Positions 1 through 13,144 are shown, counted from the first letter of the stretch. The stretch: DNA of 64,000 nucleotides from Octopus sinensis (GCF_006345805.1 NC_043013.1:14198001-14262000); one strand, 5' to 3'. The notes: generated by a model not told the origin, from the letters alone. Translations and numbers: made by a program.

Positions 1-1330
1 ATAGTAGTCGTGGTGGTAGAGGTAATGGTGGTGGTGGTAGCGGTAATGGTGGTGGTGTTAGTGGTTTTGGTAAGAATAGTGGCGATTGTGGAGGTAGTGA
101 TAATAGTGATGGCAGTGGTGGTAGTAGTGGTAGTGGCGGTGGTGGTAGTAGCGGTGGTGGTAGTGGGGTGGTGGTAGTGGTGGTGGTGGTAGTGGAGTGG
201 TGGTAGTGGTGGTGGTGGTGGTAGTGGTGGTGGTGGTAGTGGTGGTGGTGGTAGTGGTGGTAGTGGTTGGTGATAGTAATTTTAGTGGATTTGGCGTGAA
301 TAGTGGCGATTGTGGTGGTGGTGGTGGTAATAGTGGTTGCTGTGATAATAGCGGTGGTTGGTGATGGTGGAGGTAGTTTGTAGCGAAAGTAGAAGTGATT
401 GTGTGTAATAGTAGTGATATTATTTATAGCAATAACAGTTCTGGTGGTGGTTGTAGTGGTAGTGGTTGTGACTGTAACTGTGGTGTTGTGGAGATGGTAT
501 TGGTGATGGTGGTATTGTAATGATTTTAGGGGGTTGCTAAGGGTGATGGTATATGTGATAGTGGTTGTGGTAGTTGCGATTGTGGCTTTGACCACAGTAG
601 AGATGGGTAGGTTGTGGTGATTCTAGTATTGGAGATTATAGTGATGGTAGTTGTAGCGACGCGGTGGTTTGGGTGATAGTAGAGGTGAAGTTGTAGAAAT
701 GCTAGTAGTAATGGTAGTAGTAGTATTTTTAATAGCTGTAGTAGTAATAAAAGTAGTAGTGATAATAGTAGTAATACTAATAGTAATAGTAGTAGCAATA
801 GCAGTAGTAGTAATAGTAGTAGTGGCAGTAGTAGTAGTGGTGGTGGTAGTGGTGGTGATGTTGTAGCAGTAGTTGAAGTGTTGATACTGGACGTTGTTGA
901 GGCAGTGGTTGTTGTATATGTAGTTGTGTCAGGGGTGTCATTGCTTGTAGTTGTTGCGGAGGTAGTGCTAGTGGTAGTTATATAGGTGATGGTTACGGTG
1001 GTAGTTCAAGTAGTGGTTATGACAGAGGTTGTGAATGTTGGTGTGGTTAAGATTGTAGCGGTTATTGTTATAGTGGTGGTGATGGTGGTGGTGGTAGTTG
1101 TAGTGGTGATGGCAGTAGTGGGTGTAGTGGTGTTTACGTTGGTTATAATGTGTTAGCTGTAATTAAATTAAATGGCTATAGTGTTGTGGCGGTAGTGTTG
1201 TCGTAGCAGTCATATAGGTTGTAGTAGTGATGAAAGTATTAGTGATTGTAGCAGTTATAGTAACGACTACAGTGGTGGATATAGTGGTGAGAGGAATTGG
1301 GGTGATAGTGGTTGTGGTCGTAATAATTGT
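1..1330. repeat. Degenerate (GGT/AGT)n low-complexity tract
   Basis: Mixed ggt/agt/gat triplet runs; overlapping ORFs are poly-V/poly-L artefacts. Confidence 0.9.
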
Positions 1331-2061
1331 GAAAGCGATGGCATGCTATTTATAACATTCGTTGCTAGGAAACAAATAATAATGGGAATGAACAATCTCT
1401 GACAACCTGCTATGGACTTCTCGTATAATCATTGCCGATATGTTACGCGACATACGTTGCCAATATGTTACGCGACAAAAGTACTTTAGAAGGTGATTAT
1501 TTTAATGTCCGCATTTTGACATTTGCTCACATTTTATGTTCAGCATATCAAGAGATTGCATTAGGAAAATGAATATTTTCAGCAAGGCAGAGTAGGTATT
1601 TTTGTGATCCACTGATATACAAGAAAATTATGTATTATCAACAACGGACTAAAATATAAATCTATTGTTGATTTCTTTCACATTCAAGCTTGAGAAATAT
1701 TTTAACGAAAAGGAATTTATTTCTGGATCAAAAGGTTGGCTGAATGTAGCTGTTCTACAACTTATTTTCCATACGACTAATGTAATGTGTTTTGCTATCA
1801 TAAGAGCGCATGCGTTGCTGCACGGTTAAGAATTTCGCTTCATGATTACAAAGTTTCAGCTTCGCTCTCACTGAGAGATACTTTGGAAAGTTGTCTACTA
1901 CATCCAGGTTTATCCACATCTTGTGAATGAAAATTAGATAAACCACCATGCGGACTCACGCCCCATATATCTGCATTTATAAATATTTGCGTACCTATGC
2001 TTATGCGTGTGTGCATATACATGTATATGCTATATGTCTGTATGTGTATACATATGTTGGG

Positions 2062-2099
<38 letters not shown>

Positions 2100-2167
2100 G
2101 TATATATATTATATGAAAAAACAAGTAAAAAATAGAAAATGCTAAAATGATTTTATAGTGAACATTT

Positions 2168-2205
2168 CAGTACCGGTTTCGGTCATTTTGAGACCTTTTC
2201 AACTG
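2168..2205 (-). ncRNA. Inverted copy of the Penelope minimal hammerhead
   Basis: Exact reverse complement of 6271-6308. Confidence 0.75.
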
Positions 2206-2911
2206 TAACGATTAAATATTAAATTTAGAAAAATTAGAAGAAAAGTTTTTTAAAAAAATATTTCTATAGTAGTGTTCAGATTTAAGTGGCATTCTGCCTT
2301 TCTCTGACTCCCTTGTTTGCACTTGTGTGTTCGAGGTAGTTGTGAGTTCTTGGTAGGGTAGTAGAGAGAAGGCTGGTGAGGAAAGGGGGGGGTGGGAGAA
2401 TCTGGGAGTGCCCTGATGGTCGTATTTTGAATGGTCAGTGGCGGCTGGCAGTCTCAGTTCAATTCAGGATAAATTTATATTGACAGGCTTGTTTATAGAA
2501 TTAGCGTAGGTGTTATACTAAAAAACATTAGTGACAACTTAAGGGGTAGGGGGTGGAGAAGAAGAAGAAGAAGGAGAAGGAGAAGGAGAGATGACGATGA
2601 TGGTGATGGTGGTGATGATTATGACGGCGATGATGATGATAACGATGATGATGAAGAAGAAGAAGAAGAAGGAGGAGGAGAAGGAGAAGATGGTGGTGAT
2701 GATGGTGGCGATGATGATGATGCCGATGATGATGATAACGATGATGATGAAGAAGAAGAGAAAAGAAGAAGAGGAAGAAGAAGAAGAAGAAAAAACAGAG
2801 AAGGGAGAATAGTAATGGTTGTAATATAGCTATGAAGGGCTGATTAGTAATGGATTCTATGGAGTGTAGTATTTGTGTGTGTATATATATATATATTTTT
2901 TTTCTTTTATT

Positions 2912-4128
2912 CTAAAGTTGAGGTATATTAATTGTTTGTCGTAGACCCGTTAAGAAGTGGCTTGTATTTTGTAATAAAGAGATTTTCTTTACTATTCGTT
3001 GTCTCGAGGTTGTATCGTCCCTAAATTGGTAGAGGGGGAAAATTCTGAAGTTTGGTGTTTTTTTGTTGGCGCAAGTATCTATGTGTTGGCTAAAAGCTAT
3101 TTTTCTGTTTTGGGGAATTTTTATCTGGGATCTGTGCAGGGCCATTCGTTTACGCAAACCATTTTTTGTTTGGCCTATGTACTGCTCTTGACACCCGGAG
3201 CAGGTAAGTGAGTATATTAGGTTCTCCGAAGCACATGTGAAGTTGCTTTTCACTGTAAAACGTTGTCCCTGTTTGAAGGAAAACTCAGAACCCTCGATTA
3301 GATAGTCGCATATCCCGCAATTGGGTCTTCCACATTTTTTTACTGTCGGCTTCTGTGTTGAAGAGTGAATTCGGGCTTGTGTAAGGAGACTTTTCATGGA
3401 TCTAGGCTGTCTTTTGCTTTTTATGATCGTGTGTGTTTGGAGGATTGTGTTCATTCTGTGGTCTTTTTTTAGGAGGGGTATGTTGTGGAGGATGGTGTCG
3501 AAGGCTTCGTTATGAGAGGGTTGTGTGTGGAGATGTATGGTAAGGCTTTTGGTTGTAAGTTTTTCTTTGATTTGGGATGTCTCAGTTCCTTGATGTTAAG
3601 TTGAAGGGCACGTTGAATGCATTTGTCAATAAGTGAAGGTGGATAGTTCCTGGTGATTAGGGTATCTTTAGTTCTTGTAGTCGTGTGTCTCTGGTGTTTG
3701 CGTTAGAGACTATAGTGCATATCCTTTTTGCTAGATTGAAGGGGATATTCATCCTGGTGTGTCTGGGGTGGCATGAATTGAATGGAAGATATTGCTTAGA
3801 GTCTGTAGGCTTATAGTATATGTCTGTTTCTATTATATTATTAGCTTTCTTAATGAGGATATCGAGGAAGGGGAGTTGTTGTTGGCTATATTCCATCGTG
3901 AATTGGATGTTTACGTCCAGTCCGTTTAAAATTTTCTGGAATTCTATGAGTTTTTCTATATTTTTATGCCAAAGGATGAAACAGTCATCTAGATATCTCT
4001 TCCAGTTGTTTTCTATGTAGATGGAGAAAGGGCTGCCATATCTTTCTAGAACCTTACGATACAGACTGATCTCTAGGTATCCTATGACTAGGTTGGCAAA
4101 GGAGGGGGCCATTCGTGTACCCATCGCA
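2912..4128 (-). pseudogene. Penelope-like RT/GIY-YIG ORF, left inverted arm
   Basis: ORFs 3657..4166 and 2912..3454 give the same peptide as the right arm. Confidence 0.88.
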
Positions 4129-5560
4129 AACAAAAACACCATACTGGTATCCTTCGATGTAGTCAACCTCTACTCCAATATCCCCCACAACCTAGGACTA
4201 GAGGCAATCCAATTCTGGCTAGAGAATCACGCCAACGAACTACCACACCGCATCAAAAAAGAATTTGTGATAGAAGGGGTTAAATTCATCCTGGAAAATA
4301 ACTTCTTCGCCTTCAATGACAACTTCTACCGACAAAAATCGGGGACTGCGATGGGTACACGAATGGCCCCCTCCTTTGCCAACCTAGTCATAGGATACCT
4401 AGAGATCAGTCTGTATCGTAAGGTTCTAGAAAGATATGGCAGCCCTTTCTCCATCTACATAGAAAACAACTGGAAGAGATATCTAGATGACTGTTTCATC
4501 CTTTGGCATAAAAATATAGAAAAACTCATAGAATTCCAGAAAATTTTAAACGGACTGGACGTAAACATCCAATTCACGATGGAATATAGCCAACAACAAC
4601 TCCCCTTCCTCGATATCCTCATTAAGAAAGCTAATAATAAATAATAGAAGACATATACTATAAGCCTACAGACTCTAAGCAATATCTTCCATTCAATTCA
4701 TGCCACCCCAGACACACCAGGATGAATATCCCCTTCAATCTAGCAAAAAGGATATGCACTATAGTCTCTACGCAAACACCAGAGACACACGACTACAAGA
4801 ACTAAAAGATACCCTAATCACCAGGAACTATCCACCTTCACTTATTGACAAATGCATTCAACGTGCCCTTCAACTTAACATCAAGGAACTGAGACATCCC
4901 AAATCAAAGAAAAACTTACAACCAAAAGCCTTACCATACATCTCCACACACAACCCTCTCAATAACGAAGCCTTCGACACCATCCTCCACAACATACCCC
5001 TCCTAAAAAAAGACCACAGAATGAACACAATCCTCCAAACACACACGATCATAAAAAGCAAAAGACAGCCTAGATCCATGAAAAGTCTCCTTACACAAGC
5101 CCGAATTCACTCTTCAACACAGAAGCCGACAGTAAAAAAATGTGGAAGACCCAATTGCGGGATATGCGACTATCTAATCGAGGGTTCTGAGTTTTCCTTC
5201 AAACAGGGACAACGTTTTACAGTGAAAAGCAACTTCACATGTGCTTCGGAGAACCTAATATACTCATTTACCTGCTCCGGGTGTCAAGAGCAGTACATAG
5301 GCCAAACAAAAAATGGTTTGCGTAAACGAATGGCCCTGCACAGATCCCAGATAAAAATTCCCCAAAACAGAAAAATAGCTTTTAGCCAACACATAGATAC
5401 TTGCGCCAACAAAAAAACCCAAACTTCAGAATTTTCCCCTCTACCAATTTAGGGACGATACAACCTCGAGACAACGAATAAGTAAAGAAAATCTCTTTAT
5501 TACAAAATACAAGCCACTTCTTAACGGGTCTACGACAAACAATTAATATACCTCAACTTT
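4129..5560 (+). pseudogene. Penelope-like RT/GIY-YIG ORF, right arm (5'-truncated, frameshifted)
   Basis: ORFs 4021..4644 and 4700..5452; small indels break the frame at positions that are intact in the left arm. Confidence 0.88.
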
Positions 5561-6270
5561 AGAATAAAAGAAAAAATAATATATATATACACACACAAAT
5601 ACTACACTCCATAGAATCCATTACTAATCAGCCCCTTCATAGCTATATTTACACCATTACTATTCTCCTCCCTTCTCTGTTTTTTCTTCTTCTTCTTCTT
5701 CCTCTTCTTCTTCTTCCTCTTCTTCTTCATCATCATCGTTATCATCATCATCGGCATCATCATCATCGCCCCACATCACACCACCATCTTCTCCTTCTCC
5801 TCCTCCTTCTCTTCTTCTCTTCATCATCATCGTTATCATCATCATCGTCGTCATAATCATCACCACCATCACCATCATCGTCATCTTCTCCTTCTCCTTC
5901 TCTCTTCCTTCTTCTTCTTCTCCACCCCCTACCCCTTAAGTTTGTCACTAATGTTTTTTAGTATAACACCTACGCTAATTCTATAAACAAGCCTGTCAAT
6001 ATAAATATTCTCCTGAATTGAACTGAGACTGCCAGCCGCCACTGACCATTCAAAATACGACCATCAGGGCACTCCCAGATTCTCCCACCCCCTTTCCTCA
6101 CCAGCCTTCTCTCTACTACCCTACCAAGAACTCACAACTACCTCGAACACACAAGTGCAAACAAGGGAGTCAGAGAAAGCAGAATGCCACTTAAATCTGA
6201 ACACTACTATAGAAATATTCTTTAAAAAACTTTTCTTCTAATTTTTCTAAATTTAATTATTTAATCGTTA

Positions 6271-6308
6271 CAGTTGAAAAGGTCTCAAAATGACCGAAAC
6301 CGGTACTG
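6271..6308 (+). ncRNA. Minimal type I hammerhead ribozyme, U3:A8 core variant, at Penelope 3' end
   Basis: cag-TTGAAAA-ggtc(tcaaaat)gacc-GAAA-ccgg-TA-ctg: stem I cag/ctg, stem II ggtc/gacc, palindromic stem III accggt, GUA triplet. Confidence 0.75.
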
Positions 6309-6400
6309 AAATGTTCACTATAAAATCATTTTAGCATTTTCTATTTTTTACTTGTTTTTTCATATATATCAACTCGTGTGTTCCTTTTCACCCTTATACA

Positions 6401-6431
<31 letters not shown>

Positions 6432-6514
6432 GTATATATATGCATTTATATATACATATGTATATATATACATTTATGCATATATATATTTATACACACA
6501 CAGACACACACACA

Positions 6515-7575
6515 GAGGGTGCGGTGAATAAATTGTCGTCTAAATTATGCAAAAATGAAAACACTGACATATCATTTTAACAGATATATCTGCCAAAAGA
6601 TACCTTGAAATATTAAAGAATAAACTTAATCAATAAAATCGCCATTGGCTTCAATCACAACTTCGGAATCTCCTGCAACACTTCTGGATGGTCTCCTTGT
6701 TTAAGTTGGTGAATGCTTCCGTAATCCTTGCCTTCAGTTCATCTTTGGTGCTACAAGGAGTTTTGCAGGTCTCTCTCTCAACTGCGCTCCACACATAATA
6801 ATCAAGGAGGTTGCAGTCTAGGGAGTTAGGTGGCGAGATGTTAAGGGTAATGTGGTCGCAGAAATTATCTGACAGCCATGACTGGGTTCTCCTGCTTGTG
6901 CGGCATGGTGCAAAGTCCTGTTGCCAGATGTAGGGACCACTCTCTTGACCAAGGACAGCATTACCTCCTCCAGGCATTTGACGTAGGCCTCTGTGTTGAG
7001 CATGAGGTTGTGTGGAAAGATGAATGGAGGCATAACGTCGCCATCACTAGTGATCACTCCAAACACCATGATGTTGAATGGATGTTTGATTTTTATCATT
7101 CTCGGTACATGTTTTGGGGACACGGCAAGCCAATGGTTGATCTGTGTGTTCTCGTATGAGAAAAACCAAAACATGTTCGGTTGGAGGGGATGTTCGAGTT
7201 TGTTCAAAAGCTTCGTTGCGCGGTCTTTCCTCTTGTCTTCGATGGCTTGTGATAAAAATTGGCCCTTTCTCTTCTTGTATGAGGAATACCGAATGTCTTC
7301 ATGCACTACCTGCCTGATAAGAAACTCAGACACACCCATGTCCCTGGTGATGGACCTGATTGGCTTGGAGGGATCGTTGTCTATCATGGCTTGGTTCTCA
7401 CCCACAAATTCAGGAGTTCTTGTCTCATTAGAACGAGCAGAGTGAGTTTTCCGAGTTGCTGTACTTTCGTAATCAACATTAGTCTCATTCAACTCTTTTC
7501 AAATCCTCTGCATTGTTCTCAGATTGACACCCAGACACTGAAATGTTCGTACTGGAACTTCAGGTGTGAATCCCA
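6515..7575 (-). mobile_element. Degenerate Tc1/mariner (maT/DD37D-like) transposase relic
   Basis: Frameshifted ORFs 6818..7492 and 6651..6977 with IMVFGVITSDG, WQQDFAPC and PPNSLDCNLLDYYVW motifs. Confidence 0.8.
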
Positions 7576-7657
7576 AGCAGAAAGATACACAGAAAAAACA
7601 GGGAGAGAAACAAGGAGAGAAAAATGCGTGTAGGAGCTAACGATCTCTCATGATATG

Positions 7658-7772
<115 letters not shown>

Positions 7773-7789
7773 GTATGTATGTATGTTTG

Positions 7790-7821
<32 letters not shown>

Positions 7822-7849
7822 TGTATGTATGTATGTATGTATTTGGGTT

Positions 7850-8050
7850 TCTGTGCTTGTCTTCCACCATCGCTTGACAACGGATGTTGGTGTGTTTACG
7901 TCCCCGTAACTTAGCAGTTTAGCAACAATGACCGATATAATAAATTACTAGGCTTACAAAGAATAAGTCCTGGGGTCGATTTGTTCGACTAAAGGCTGTG
8001 ATCTAGCATGGCTGCAGTCAAATGACTGAAACAAGTAAAAGAATAAAAGA
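7850..8050 (+). mobile_element. SINE family B, 3' half
   Basis: catcgcttgacaac...gtcaaatgactgaaacaagtaaaag, matches the full copies at 56334 and 59422. Confidence 0.8.
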
Positions 8051-8344
8051 AAAAAGAATATATATATATATATGAACACGCACTTGCAAATGGATACGTC
8101 GCGTTCAATTAAATGATAAATAATAAATAACATTATATATATATAATAAAAAGTAACAACAAAAGAACGATACATCAATATTAGATAAATAGAGGATTAT
8201 TTATATATGTCATAATTTAGAACAAACAGTAAAAGATTGTCATTTTCGTACTCGGAGTTTCGAATGTCGGATCGAAGAGCAACGATGCATTCTCATCTGG
8301 AGTACTATAATTACTATTTGTTCTATATATATATATATATATGT

Positions 8345-8575
8345 TTCTTTATTACCCACAAGGGGCTAAACATAGAGGGGGACAAACACGGCCAGACAAA
8401 CGAATTAAGTCGATTACATCGACCCTAGTGCGTAACTGATTTTTAATTTATCGACCCCGAAAGGATGAAAGGCAAAGTCGACCTCGGTGGAATTTGAACT
8501 CAGAACGTAACGGCAGACGAAATACGGCTACGCATTTCGCCCGGCGTGCTAACGGTTCTGCCAGGTCGCCGCCTT
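8345..8575 (-). mobile_element. SINE family A (tRNA-derived head)
   Basis: Reverse complement of ggcggcgagctggcagaa...gagttcaaattccgccgaggtcgac...cccttgtggg; many copies in the window. Confidence 0.85.
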
Positions 8576-8587
8576 ATATATATATAT

Positions 8588-8770
8588 ACTAGCAGTATCG
8601 CCCGGCGTTGCTCGGGTTTGTTTCGACCCTTTAGAATTGGAATTTTTGAAAAGTAAAAGTTTGGCATTATGTAGCTTGTTATTCTCTTTAAGTGAACATT
8701 TTTCTGGTTGAAATACACTGAAAAATGGCGACACAGCAGTCAAAAAATCGTAAAAAAATAGGGCTTTTCA
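8588..8770 (-). mobile_element. Non-autonomous Helitron-like element, 3' part
   Basis: Reverse complement ends cccgagcaacgccgggcgatactgCTAG-t (GC hairpin plus CTAG). Confidence 0.6.
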
Positions 8771-8787
8771 TATATATATATATATAT

Positions 8788-9178
8788 ACATGCGTATATG
8801 GGTACAGGACGTACCAACAGTGCAAATAACATGAAATACGTAAACAGCGAGAAAAAAATGGAAAACGGGACACGTTAACACAGAGAAAGGACCCCTCTTC
8901 AGTTGTCGGCTGCTTTTCTACTCCTAATTTTGAGCATTCAACGACAGTATGAGTCTTCAAAGACAGTTGCCCCCATAAATTCTAAAATAAAATTTAGGAT
9001 TTATGGGGGCTCAAAGTAGGGAACAAAAATATGACGTGGAGACATATAAGGAAACGAACGAAAAGAAACATGGAGGGTCGTTAGACCAGAACGAGAGGAA
9101 AATAGTGAACGCTAGGAGAAACATTTTGTTTTTGAAAGGATAAAAGATAGAAGAGAGAGAGAGAAAATCCGTCCGTTA
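8788..9178 (-). mobile_element. (TA)n-embedded retroelement remnant related to the 52-kb direct repeats
   Basis: Shares gtacaggac and acccc.tc.tcag.tgtcg motifs with 51971-52527; flanked by (TA)n. Confidence 0.45.
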
Positions 9179-9180
9179 TG

Positions 9181-9232
<52 letters not shown>

Positions 9233-9332
9233 NNNNNNNNNNNNNNNNNNNNNNNNNNNNNNNNNNNNNNNNNNNNNNNNNNNNNNNNNNNNNNNNNNNN
9301 NNNNNNNNNNNNNNNNNNNNNNNNNNNNNNNN
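9233..9332. other. Assembly gap (100 N)
   Basis: Run of n next to (TA)n. Confidence 0.99.
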
Positions 9333-11089
9333 AAAAAATATTAAGATTTGTAAATATTGTTATGATTCTCACACAGTATTCTGTATATGTAAACAGAAAT
9401 TGCTTGACTGGTATTTAGAACTTCATGTATATTTTCGCTCGTGTGTTGCAATTGTATTCTTTGTTATGAAATCCGAGTTTGAGTGTTACATAGATTATAT
9501 GTGAAAAAACAAAGCAAAACATGAATGATTGTATATAAGATATTCAGTGACATCATCTTACGTGCGTTTTATTAACATAAGGTGATTATTATATAATCAA
9601 AACTTATCATCAAATCGTCAGAGGCGTATAACTTTTACACTTTAAATTATTGGTTATAAAAGATGACAGATTTCACACCGTCTAGATGACCAGCGACTGT
9701 AGTATTTCTAAAAAGCTTCCACCAGTTCTTCTACATCACTATCTCCACGATGGTGAATTCTTTTATCTTTCCACTCCAGTAATATTAAGTACTAGAGTAT
9801 CCGAGCCATCAATAACGACAGAGTTATTGTTGAAGAAGTTACCAGATGAAAGTTGATAATTAGAGGATGAGTAAGTAAATGCCAAAATAACAGGAAAATA
9901 TTGAAATTACATTTATCACTCTCAAAATAGTATACAGCTACGGAAGTTAATGAAAAACAATATTTCTTGTGTAAACATGAGAAAGTACTAATATACCATG
10001 GCCTTCTGAATTTTCAATCTGTAATTTCAAAGTGTTCCTTAACCTAATTCTAACCTTAACCCAGATTAGGTAATTTCACATCGTAGACTACAGACATTGC
10101 GGTAGACCGCAGATTAAAGTAGCATCGAAATTTCTTATGACTATTGCGGCGATACGGGTTAATTGTCTGAATTTATAAACATTAAAACATTATGAGACAA
10201 TGAAGATAGGAAAATGAACTTCTGAATATAAAAAACAATAAGAAAAACTCCAGAAAGTAAACAGAAACCTTCTTGAAAATTTAGAGAGAAGGATTTTTAT
10301 TGGTCTTAGTGGAAAAAAAATCAGCTCAGAATAAAGTGTTTCTGTTCTGTAGAATAAGCAGAAACTTACCTTAAAAGAACTGTTCGGGTAACAGTAATGA
10401 TGAAGAAATATTTTATAAATGTTGCAGTGCACAGCAAATCGTCAAAATTTATGAATATTAAGACATTACTTAAACATGAAGAAGGCAGAATGAACTTTCA
10501 AATACAAAAGACAAACCGAACAACTAACTAGAGACGCTGTTACAGTAAGAAAGTAGAAATACTACTGGTTAATTTAGAAAATTTCAAATTGTTTCATTAA
10601 GCATTATGAAACAAATACACACATAAACAGAACGACTCCAACTCATGTCGAATGATTTAGAAAATAATCTTACAAAGTGGAACAAATTCAACAGTTTCAG
10701 ATGTTAAAGCGTAACTCGCAAAAAAGTATATACACAAAAACACGCATCATATTATATATATATATATATTGATGATAGTTACAAATCTCTGAGGATTTGG
10801 CAATAGGTCCTGATTATGTGAGTTGCATTGGTACTAATAATAACTTTATGTTAATGAAATGCACGTAGAATGGTTTAACGAAATATCTTCGTATATATTT
10901 TGTTTGGTTTTCAACACAGTATTTTAGCCTCCCCCCTCTTCCCCTCCTCCTCCCAAATTATACCTAGTCTTCTTTTTGAATTAGGAATCCCTATCCTCAA
11001 GAAATAACTGTCACTGTATTTTTAAATCATAAACAATATCAAATAGTAATATGATAATAAAAAAAAAGGTGATGATGATGATAAAGATA

Positions 11090-11680
11090 ATGGCTTCAAA
11101 TCTGTCTACAAGAGCAGCAATTTTGGGGGGAGGGGATGAGTCGATTATATCGACCCCATTGTTCAACTGGTACTTATTTTCTCGACTTCGAAAGGATGAA
11201 AGGCAAAGTCAACCTTGGCGGAATTTGAACTCAGAACGTAGCGATGGGCGAAATACCGCTAAACATTCCGTCCAGCGTGCTAACGATTCTTTTCCAGGCA
11301 CAAGGTTCGAAATTTTGGGGGAGGATTCCAGTCGATTATATCGACCCCAGTACACAACTGGTGCTTAATTTATATACCCCGAAAGGATGAAAGGCAAAGT
11401 CGGCCTCGGCGGAATTCGAACTCAGAACGTAACGGCAGACAAATACCAATTTCTTTACTACCCACAAGGGGCCAAACATAGAGAGGACACACAAGGATAG
11501 ACAAACGGATTAAGTCGGTTACATCGACCCCAGTGCGTAACTGGTACTTAATTTATCGACCCCTAAAGGATGAAAGGCAAAGTCGACCTCGGCGGAATTT
11601 GAACTCAGAACGTAACGGCAAACGAAATACTGCTAAGCATTTCGCCCGGCGCGCTAACGTTTCTGCCAGCTCGCCGCCTT
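11090..11680 (-). mobile_element. Tandem cluster of SINE family A copies
   Basis: Three repeats of aaggatgaaaggcaaagtc...gaatttgaactcagaacgta. Confidence 0.85.
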
Positions 11681-11702
11681 TATGATTATGGTAATAATAA
11701 AG

Positions 11703-11863
11703 CGTGGCTGTGTGGTTAGAAGCTTGCTTCCCAACCACATGGTTGCGGGTTCAGTCCCACTGTGTAGCACCTTGGGGAAGTGTATTCTGCTATAGCCTCG
11801 GGCCAACCAAAGCCTTGTGAGTGGATTTGGTAGACGGAAATTGAAAGAAAACCGTCGTATATA

Positions 11864-11904
<41 letters not shown>

Positions 11905-12090
11905 TGTGTGTGTGTGTGTGTGTATCTGTGTTTGCTCCCCATCACCGCTTGACAACTGGTATTGGTGTGTTTACATCCCCATTGATAGAATAGGCTTAAA
12001 AAACAAATCCTGGAGTCGATTTGTTTGACTAAACGTCTCCAACGTGGTGCCTCAGCATGGCCGCAGTCTAATGACTGAAACAAGTTAAAA
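11703..12090 (+). mobile_element. SINE family B with internal (TG)n
   Basis: gtggctgtgtggttagaagc head with B-box-like ggttcagtccc, internal microsatellite, atgactgaaacaag tail. Confidence 0.85.
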
Positions 12091-13026
12091 GATGATAACG
12101 ATGATGATGTTGATGATGAAAGTGATGATGATAATAATAATAATAATAATAATAATAATATAATAATAATAATAATAATAATAATATCAACAACAATAAT
12201 AATAATTCCAAATTCTGTTTTTTGTTTTCTAGGTTGCCAAATTATACAACCAAGTTTCTGAGCGAAGAAATAGGAGAAAAAACAAGAAAACAAGAATTAA
12301 ATTAAATTAATCCCTTCTACATTAGTCACAGGGGTTTCACACAAACATAAAAAAAACCCCAAAAAACATTGAATATTTTCATCCTAATGGCTGATAACCA
12401 TATCAATGAGGACAGCTCTCAGGAAGAAGACATACAAAATGAACCATTTCCGGGGAAAGTTCAGATTTCAGATCTTCCCGAATGGTTATACGACCTTGAA
12501 CATAAAGTAGACTGCGTCCTTGAAGCCTTGGCGGAGGGAAACGAGATCGGGATACCGTACAGTCTTCCAGTGATCGATGACAATATCCTTGAGATGGTCT
12601 TTAGTGCAGAATTCCAACGTGACTTGGACGTATTTCTATCTGACGGCGAAGACGTAGACTTGCAAGCGGAAACTGAATATTTAAGTCGGTGTAGCGGTGT
12701 AGTCCAATGACATGTATTTATACATATATATACATATATATAGATTCCTTCAAGGAATACCAGATAAGCCACCCATAATTGGATACAACTCACCCAACAA
12801 AAACTCCCTACTTGTTTGCCTTTTAAGTGCTGTGGTTTTACTGGGATCTCCCTTTTAAGTAGAAAGAATAGCGAAAACTCTTTGACTGCTATTTCTAAAT
12901 TCGGTGTGTGGTGAGGCAAATCGTTGCTAAACCCTTAATTACTTAGTATTACTTAAACCTTCCTTGAATGGAGCTTTTACATGCCGAAATCTACTTGGTG
13001 AAATTAATTTCACCCTTTATTATTAT

Positions 13027-13098
<72 letters not shown>

Positions 13099-13144
13099 AT
13101 GTATATATTTCTAAAAGGCAATGTGATTTAATTACATCTGTGTA

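Larger units (their letters stand above)
2111..6365. mobile_element. Penelope-like retroelement (RT + GIY-YIG), 5'-truncated, fold-back arrangement, in (TA)n
   Basis: 2111-4128 is the near-perfect reverse complement of 4347-6365, with a 218-bp unique spacer. Motifs seen: SFDVVNLYSNIP, GTAMGTRMAP, RYLDDCFILW, TDIYYKPTD..SCHP, linker CGRPNCGIC, GIY-YIG-like LIYSLTCSGCQEQYIGQT. (TA)n on both sides. Confidence 0.93.

Noticed and set aside
526-866. Poly-L and poly-V ORFs, and the many [12 protein letters not shown]/poly-M ORFs across the window
   Set aside because: Translations of microsatellites and SINEs with no coding signature.
4129-5560. Selenocysteine (in-frame UGA) recoding as reported for some Naiad Penelope-like elements
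   Set aside because: The breaks in the ORF are indels repaired in the opposite arm; I saw no in-frame TGA at Cys positions.
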